A stretch of 64,000 bases of DNA from an uncultured Neglectibacter sp. (lineage in GTDB: Bacteria > Bacillota > Clostridia > Oscillospirales > Acutalibacteraceae). Location: contig CAMNSA010000011.1 of assembly GCA_946554335.1 (NCBI GenBank), positions 12,158 to 76,157 of the forward strand. Reading direction: 5' to 3'. The first letter of the stretch is position 1; each line of letters starts with the position of its first letter. The notes below the pieces were generated by a model that saw only the letters and a program-made list of their open reading frames with translations, was not told the origin of the DNA and did no database searches. Made by a program: the position numbers and the translations under genes. Shown here piece by piece: positions 58,991-64,000 of this stretch.

Positions 58991-60770
58991 TTAAGATCAC
59001 CTCTCCTTCCCCTTCCGGATAAAACTCCGGGCTGATTTCCCCCTGTGAAGACGAGGAAGACAGCGTATCGGAAGACGATTCCATGCCGGAAAGCAGGAAC
59101 TCTTCTTCAGAGCCCTCCAGACGGACTCTGCTGCCGGCAGTGGCGTCCTTGCCCGGAAACGCTACATAGTCGTCTTGCGTAAGACCCGCCTGGATCTCAT
59201 AATATTCGCCGCCGTAAATGGATTTTCCAATGGAGAGATACTGCTTTTGCAGGCGGTTGTCCGGGCCTACGATCATTGCGTAATAGCCGCCGTTGTCCTC
59301 TTTCAAATAGGGCCTCCAGATATACAGGGCGTCGCTGCTTTCTTCTTCTGAGACGCTGATGGACACATCCAGATATTCGCCGTTTTGCAGCTCGTCCTCC
59401 GTGTCCAGCACGGCGATGAACTCATAGCTGGAGCTGTTGGGGTTTCCGCTGCCTCCATAATAATAGCCGCGGCTGTCGTCCAGAGGATAATCGGAAATAG
59501 AGACGATCTGGGCGAAGTAGGTGGCTCCCGTCTGCCAATAGGAAGCGGTGACGATATCGCCCACCTGAACGCTTCCCAGCAGGTTTTCGCTGAGTACCCC
59601 GGTAAGATAATACTGCTGGGCGCCGGAGACTACCAGGAACGGCTGCCCGGCGGCGGCCGCCGAGTCCGTGTCGGTCAAAGTGCGCACCACGCCGTCTACG
59701 GTGCTGAGCACCGTAGAATTTTTCAAAGCCAGCTGAGCTCTGTCCAGATTGATCTTTGCCTGCCTGCGGTCCAGCTGCAGGGTTCGGATCTCCTGCCTCT
59801 TCTCCGCAATCAGTTTTTTCAGCTCCTCCGCCGTATAGCCCATATGATCATAGTTATCCGTGGAGGGAGTGGGGGTTGGAGTCGCCTTGAAAAGGTCCGC
59901 GATACTGTCGATCGTATTGGAGCCGCTGATCATCCCGGTGATCTGGAAGCTGGCGGAAAGCTGAGTGCCGTCCAGCTTGAAGGCGGAGATCAGTTCTCCG
60001 AAATTGGAGTTTTGCTCCCGTACCTCAAACACCGCCGCAAAGGGAGAGGGCAGATCGGAGGTGACGGGAGGCTCAGAGGAATCTCCTTCCTCAGAGTCAG
60101 AGGGAGGAGGCGTAACGCCGTCAGAAAGCTGGGCGCCTAAAAGCCACAGCAGAAATTCTGAGGTCATAATGCAGTCTTCCGTACAAAGGAACAGATAGGG
60201 ATCCTCCGTGGTGCCGCTGCCCGCGTAGGGGACAGAGCTGAGATCCAGCTTGCTGTAAAGCGTCACCGTGGCGGGGGGAACAGAGGAGGGCATGGGAGAC
60301 GCGGTGGGCGCGGGGGTCCCGGTAGGCCGGGGAGCGGTGGTGGGTCTGGGAGTACTGGAGGGGTGTGTGTTTTGCAGCTTTTTCAGCTGCTTTTGGGCAG
60401 TGTCGATTTTTAAATCGGCCTCCTTCACTCCCAGTTCCTTGGATTCCAACTCCAGCTCCAGCTTGGTTTTATCGTACTGGAGCAGCTTATCGCCTACGGC
60501 TACCTCATCGCCCTCCTGCACGAAAATATCGCTGATCACCTGATCGTTGGAGGGGTAAAGCTCTTGAATGTAGTCGCTGCTTACCGTGCCGCTGGTGCGG
60601 TTCTCATCTCCCCAATAGGTGGTGGAGATTTGAGACACCGGAACCACCTCTACCAGCTTCTGATCCCGCCGGTATTGGAAAAAGAACCAGAGCCCTGTGC
60701 CCAGCCCCAGGAGAAACACCAGGGTGAGAACGATGGCCAGGGTCTTCTTTTTTCTTTTATTCAGGCTCAT
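58983..60770 (-). CDS. Periplasmic-adaptor (MFP/HlyD-like) subunit with internal insertion
   Basis: N-terminal TM, lipoyl-like VQEGDEVAVGDKL and STVDGVV, coiled coils, ~170-aa Pro/Thr/Ser insert. Confidence 0.82.
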   Translation of the reverse strand: MSLNKRKKKTLAIVLTLVFLLGLGTGLWFFFQYRRDQKLVEVVPVSQISTTYWGDENRTSGTVSSDYIQELYPSNDQVISDIFVQEGDEVAVGDKLLQYDKTKLELELESKELGVKEADLKIDTAQKQLKKLQNTHPSSTPRPTTAPRPTGTPAPTASPMPSSVPPATVTLYSKLDLSSVPYAGSGTTEDPYLFLCTEDCIMTSEFLLWLLGAQLSDGVTPPPSDSEEGDSSEPPVTSDLPSPFAAVFEVREQNSNFGELISAFKLDGTQLSASFQITGMISGSNTIDSIADLFKATPTPTPSTDNYDHMGYTAEELKKLIAEKRQEIRTLQLDRRQAKINLDRAQLALKNSTVLSTVDGVVRTLTDTDSAAAAGQPFLVVSGAQQYYLTGVLSENLLGSVQVGDIVTASYWQTGATYFAQIVSISDYPLDDSRGYYYGGSGNPNSSSYEFIAVLDTEDELQNGEYLDVSISVSEEESSDALYIWRPYLKEDNGGYYAMIVGPDNRLQKQYLSIGKSIYGGEYYEIQAGLTQDDYVAFPGKDATAGSRVRLEGSEEEFLLSGMESSSDTLSSSSSQGEISPEFYPEGEGEVILSD

Positions 60771-62575
60771 AACTGTCCCTCCTCATCTCCCGGCCGGGGG
60801 GAAAGCGCCTCGTCGTCCAAAGCGCCGAAGGTCAGGGAAAGGTTTGTGGAAATAGGCGTACCGAACCGGCCCTCCGGAAGATCCCCTTCGGAAGGGGCGT
60901 CAGATCCTTCCGTGGTGAAAGCTTCAGCCAGCGTATCTTTCTCAGAAAAGTCCTCTGCGAAAGCCCCTTCGGAACCATCTTTTGTAACAGTACCATCGGA
61001 AGGATCTTCCGTGGAAGATCCTTCCGGAGACCTTTCTTCGGCAGAACCTTCCATAGAAGGTTCTGCTTCTCCCCACACATCAAAAGCCAGCTGCATAAAA
61101 TGCTCTGCCTCGTCAATAGCGGCGGAGACCTGGCTTAAATCAAACACATCCTCTTCCGGCGCCAGAAAGGAGAGCTGTTCTGCTTCTTCGGGCTGAAAAT
61201 CGGCAAAGCTTTCCTCTTCTACAGGCTCCTTAACGATCTCGTCCCCGGTGGGCTCAAGACGCTCTGACCCCACCGCGCCCAGTTGGGCAAAGAGCGGGTC
61301 AGACTCGGCTGGGGCGCCCTCCAGCAGGGCGAAAAGCTCTTCGTCTGCCAGGAAAGGCTCCGGCGGCTCCTCCTGCGGGAGAGCGAGAGCTTCTTCCGGC
61401 GAGGGAAGGACCTCCTCCTGGGAAACGAAGAGATCGCTTTCTCCCGCTGCCTCTTCCTGCGGTTCTTCCGTCGGTTCAGAAAGCTCGGGCTCGGAAAGCT
61501 CGGGCTCTGCCGCCGTTTCCTCCGGCGCCAGGTCTTCCAAAACCGGCTCTCCCAAAGAAGCCTCGGCCTCTTTAGGGAGAATACTGGCATCTGCAGCCAG
61601 AACCTGTTCCAGTTCTTCCTCCAGAAGGGAGGAAGCCGCGTTCTCCTTCGGAGAGTCTGAAGGAGAGAAATCCGGAGTTTGGGCATAGACATTCGCGGCC
61701 TCTTCCGCCGCGTTGGGGCTTGTCGCGGCGGGAGATGGCTCAGGGATCAGCTGCTCTATGGGTACCTGTTCCACAGGATGCTGCGGGGGAGAGGAAAGGC
61801 TTTTGTGCAGCTCCACAGCAGGAACCACAGTGTCCTGGGAAACGGGCATGACCTCTGCCTGGGCCGCTGGAGCAGGTTCAGTTTCCGGGCTCAGGAAATT
61901 TCCGGAGGCGTCCGTCAGGCGTCCGTCCCGGATATGGAGGATCCGCTGGGCGTGTCGGGCAATATCCGCCTCGTGGGTGATCATGATGATCGTCACGCCC
62001 TCTTCGTGAAGGCGCTGAAAAATTTCCATGATCTGCTCACCGGACTTGGTGTCCAACGCGCCAGTGGGCTCGTCGGCCAGCAGGATCTTCGGGTTGTTGA
62101 CGATCGCCCGAGCGATGGCTACCCTCTGGCACTGCCCGCCGGAAAGCTGGGTGGGCTTGAAATCGGTGCGGTCTCCCAGCCCTACCCGCTCTAAAGCCTT
62201 CTGGGCAGTTGTCAGGCGTTCCTGTTTTTTCACGCCGGCATAGAGAAGCGGCAGCGCCACATTCTCAATGGCAGACTGCCGGGAGAGCAGATAAAAGCTT
62301 TGAAATACAAATCCGATGCTGCGCAGGCGAACCTCTGACAGCTTGAGGTCGCTGTGCTTGGAAAGATCCTCCCCCTCCAGCAGATACTCTCCGGAGGTGG
62401 GGCTGTCCAGGCAGCCGATCAGGTTCATCAGGGTGGTTTTGCCGGAGCCGGAGGGCCCCATAATGGCCACATATTCCCCCTGCTCTACGCTGAGAGAGAC
62501 ATTTTTTAAAACCGGGACCTCCAGCTTGCCCTGATCATAGGTCTTGAAAATGTTTCTGAGCTCCAGTATTCTCAC
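60767..62575 (-). CDS. MacB/LolD-type ABC ATPase with ~370-aa acidic low-complexity C-terminal extension
   Basis: [33 protein letters not shown] in the first ~225 aa, then E/P/S/A-rich sequence. Confidence 0.9.
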   Translation of the reverse strand: MRILELRNIFKTYDQGKLEVPVLKNVSLSVEQGEYVAIMGPSGSGKTTLMNLIGCLDSPTSGEYLLEGEDLSKHSDLKLSEVRLRSIGFVFQSFYLLSRQSAIENVALPLLYAGVKKQERLTTAQKALERVGLGDRTDFKPTQLSGGQCQRVAIARAIVNNPKILLADEPTGALDTKSGEQIMEIFQRLHEEGVTIIMITHEADIARHAQRILHIRDGRLTDASGNFLSPETEPAPAAQAEVMPVSQDTVVPAVELHKSLSSPPQHPVEQVPIEQLIPEPSPAATSPNAAEEAANVYAQTPDFSPSDSPKENAASSLLEEELEQVLAADASILPKEAEASLGEPVLEDLAPEETAAEPELSEPELSEPTEEPQEEAAGESDLFVSQEEVLPSPEEALALPQEEPPEPFLADEELFALLEGAPAESDPLFAQLGAVGSERLEPTGDEIVKEPVEEESFADFQPEEAEQLSFLAPEEDVFDLSQVSAAIDEAEHFMQLAFDVWGEAEPSMEGSAEERSPEGSSTEDPSDGTVTKDGSEGAFAEDFSEKDTLAEAFTTEGSDAPSEGDLPEGRFGTPISTNLSLTFGALDDEALSPRPGDEEGQL

Positions 62576-63993
62576 TGCGTAAACACCTCCGCAGAGGCAT
62601 CGGATCCGCCGAGAATAATATTGCCCTGGATGGAGGCTGTGTCGCCGTTATCCTCCGGGAAGGTATCGTTGTCGAAGCTCCCGTCGTCATGGAGGCCGCC
62701 GTCCTCTGAAAAATCGCCATCAGCCGGCAGAACGCCCTCTTCCGGGGGGATCAGGATCCCATCCTCTTCTCCGGGGATTGCTCCCGCGCCTCCTGTATCC
62801 TGCCCGGGAATTGCGGTTTGACCGGAGTTGTCCTGGGTGGTGGGCATCCCTTCCATCAGGCTCTCCTCCGGATAAGCGATAGCGTCCCGTTGGTTCAGTC
62901 CGCTTTTGATCTCGTACAGATCGTTTTCCGTATCGTACTCCCCTAAGGTCACGGTGCGCTTCTCCAGCTTGTCCTTATCATTGCGGGCCCAGACATAGCT
63001 TCCGGCGTTATCGTGGGCGACATAGAAAGCGGGAAGCCAGATCCCCTCCTTTTTCCCGGGTTCGCCCAGATCCGGCTCTATGTAAACATGCTGGCCTAAA
63101 ATCAGGCCTTCCGGATTTTGCAGAGACACATAGAAGTCGTATTTGGAGCTCTTGTCGCCGCTGTCCATACCATAGTAGTAATTGTTGTTGTTCTGCTGAG
63201 TGGGTTCAGTGCCGATGGTCTCCACCGTACCGGCCCAGGAAACAGCGGAATCGGCCCTGGAATAGACGACCACAGCCTGCCCTTCAAAGAGATTCCGGTA
63301 ATTGAGCTCGGAAACCGTACCCTTGATTTTGTACTCGCCGCTGGAAAGAATACTGATGAAGGGAGCTGGCTGTCCGGAAGAATCCGTTTTCGGCGTGGTG
63401 TTGATCTCCTGGATCACGCCCTCCGCCTCGGAAAGAACCTCCGCGTTATTCAGCGACTGCTGAAGCTTTTCGATCTCTCCTTTTTTAACGGAGCTGTTGT
63501 ACTCCTCGGTCTTGATTTGCAGTTCTACAGACTGGATTTCCACAGTATAAGAGTATTGGTCGTCCTTGGAGGCCTTTTTCTGCTCGGCTTCCAGGGTGGA
63601 TTTCTGGGTTTTCAGGGTGCTGATGAGATTGGTGGTGCGCTCCAGGTCCAACTGAGCTTCGGAAAGGGAGAGGCGCATATCCTCTGTGTCGTAGCGAAAC
63701 AGGGGCGTGCCCACCTGTACCGGCTCTCCTTCAGCTACCAGCACCTCGGAGACGGTTTTGGTCTCGTCTTTTTCTACCTTGTAGATCGTCTGGGGTTCTA
63801 CGACCCCGGAGTAGCGGGGGTTGCTTCCGGTATCCAGGCCTGCGATGGCCGCCACGGAATTGACATAGACGGGATCGGAATTGGCGGCTTTCAGGGCGTT
63901 CTTTCCCCAGAAAAACCAGATGCAGCAGGCGATGGCCAGAAGGCCTCCCAAAATGGAAACGGTAAGAATGACAGGTTTCCTTTTATTTTTCAT
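62572..63993 (-). CDS. Periplasmic-adaptor (MFP/HlyD-like) subunit
   Basis: N-terminal TM, VAEGEPVQVGTPL, SEAEGVI, beta-barrel, acidic tail. Confidence 0.85.
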   Translation of the reverse strand: MKNKRKPVILTVSILGGLLAIACCIWFFWGKNALKAANSDPVYVNSVAAIAGLDTGSNPRYSGVVEPQTIYKVEKDETKTVSEVLVAEGEPVQVGTPLFRYDTEDMRLSLSEAQLDLERTTNLISTLKTQKSTLEAEQKKASKDDQYSYTVEIQSVELQIKTEEYNSSVKKGEIEKLQQSLNNAEVLSEAEGVIQEINTTPKTDSSGQPAPFISILSSGEYKIKGTVSELNYRNLFEGQAVVVYSRADSAVSWAGTVETIGTEPTQQNNNNYYYGMDSGDKSSKYDFYVSLQNPEGLILGQHVYIEPDLGEPGKKEGIWLPAFYVAHDNAGSYVWARNDKDKLEKRTVTLGEYDTENDLYEIKSGLNQRDAIAYPEESLMEGMPTTQDNSGQTAIPGQDTGGAGAIPGEEDGILIPPEEGVLPADGDFSEDGGLHDDGSFDNDTFPEDNGDTASIQGNIILGGSDASAEVFTQ

Positions 63994-64000
63994 AGCAAAA

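Noticed and set aside
1-64000. Genome-wide reassignment of TAG (code 15-like)
   Set aside because: Several apparently complete genes end naturally in TAG (17197, 20354, 30787, 49651, 52302), and no other gene in the window shows internal TAGs.

Overview
Mostly core chromosomal DNA of a spore-forming Clostridia-class Firmicute, probably Oscillospiraceae/Acutalibacteraceae-like (inferred from spoIIE, spoVAE, a T-box, SLH domains and GC-rich codon usage). About 50 CDS are present: transporters (YtrA-type ABC, MFS, chromate pair, ECF-S, MMPL, MacAB-like), CoA salvage (coaX, panT-like, coaBC), trpS under a Trp T-box, rarA, flotillin/NfeD, MoxR-DUF58, a serpin, a divergent Tet-family ribosome-protection GTPase, and two tRNAs (Gly-CCC, Arg-CCG). 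I see no integrase, transposase, cas gene or phage gene. Three features stand out. (1) A 4290-nt single reading frame (13842..9553, minus strand) encodes a secreted M6-type metalloprotease-Ig-SLH surface protein. It is interrupted only by two in-frame TAG codons, the first lying between the zinc motif and the putative Met-turn, so it is either amber read-through or a recent double nonsense pseudogene. (2) A non-coding ABAB array of 92/94-bp structured units (45627..45968) has a palindrome at the start of each unit and abuts a promoter. (3) A ~250-bp MITE-like palindromic element occurs in two inverted copies (1..251 and 9311..9553), and several other highly base-paired intergenic cassettes are scattered through the window. 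All family calls come from motif recognition by eye, not from database searches.
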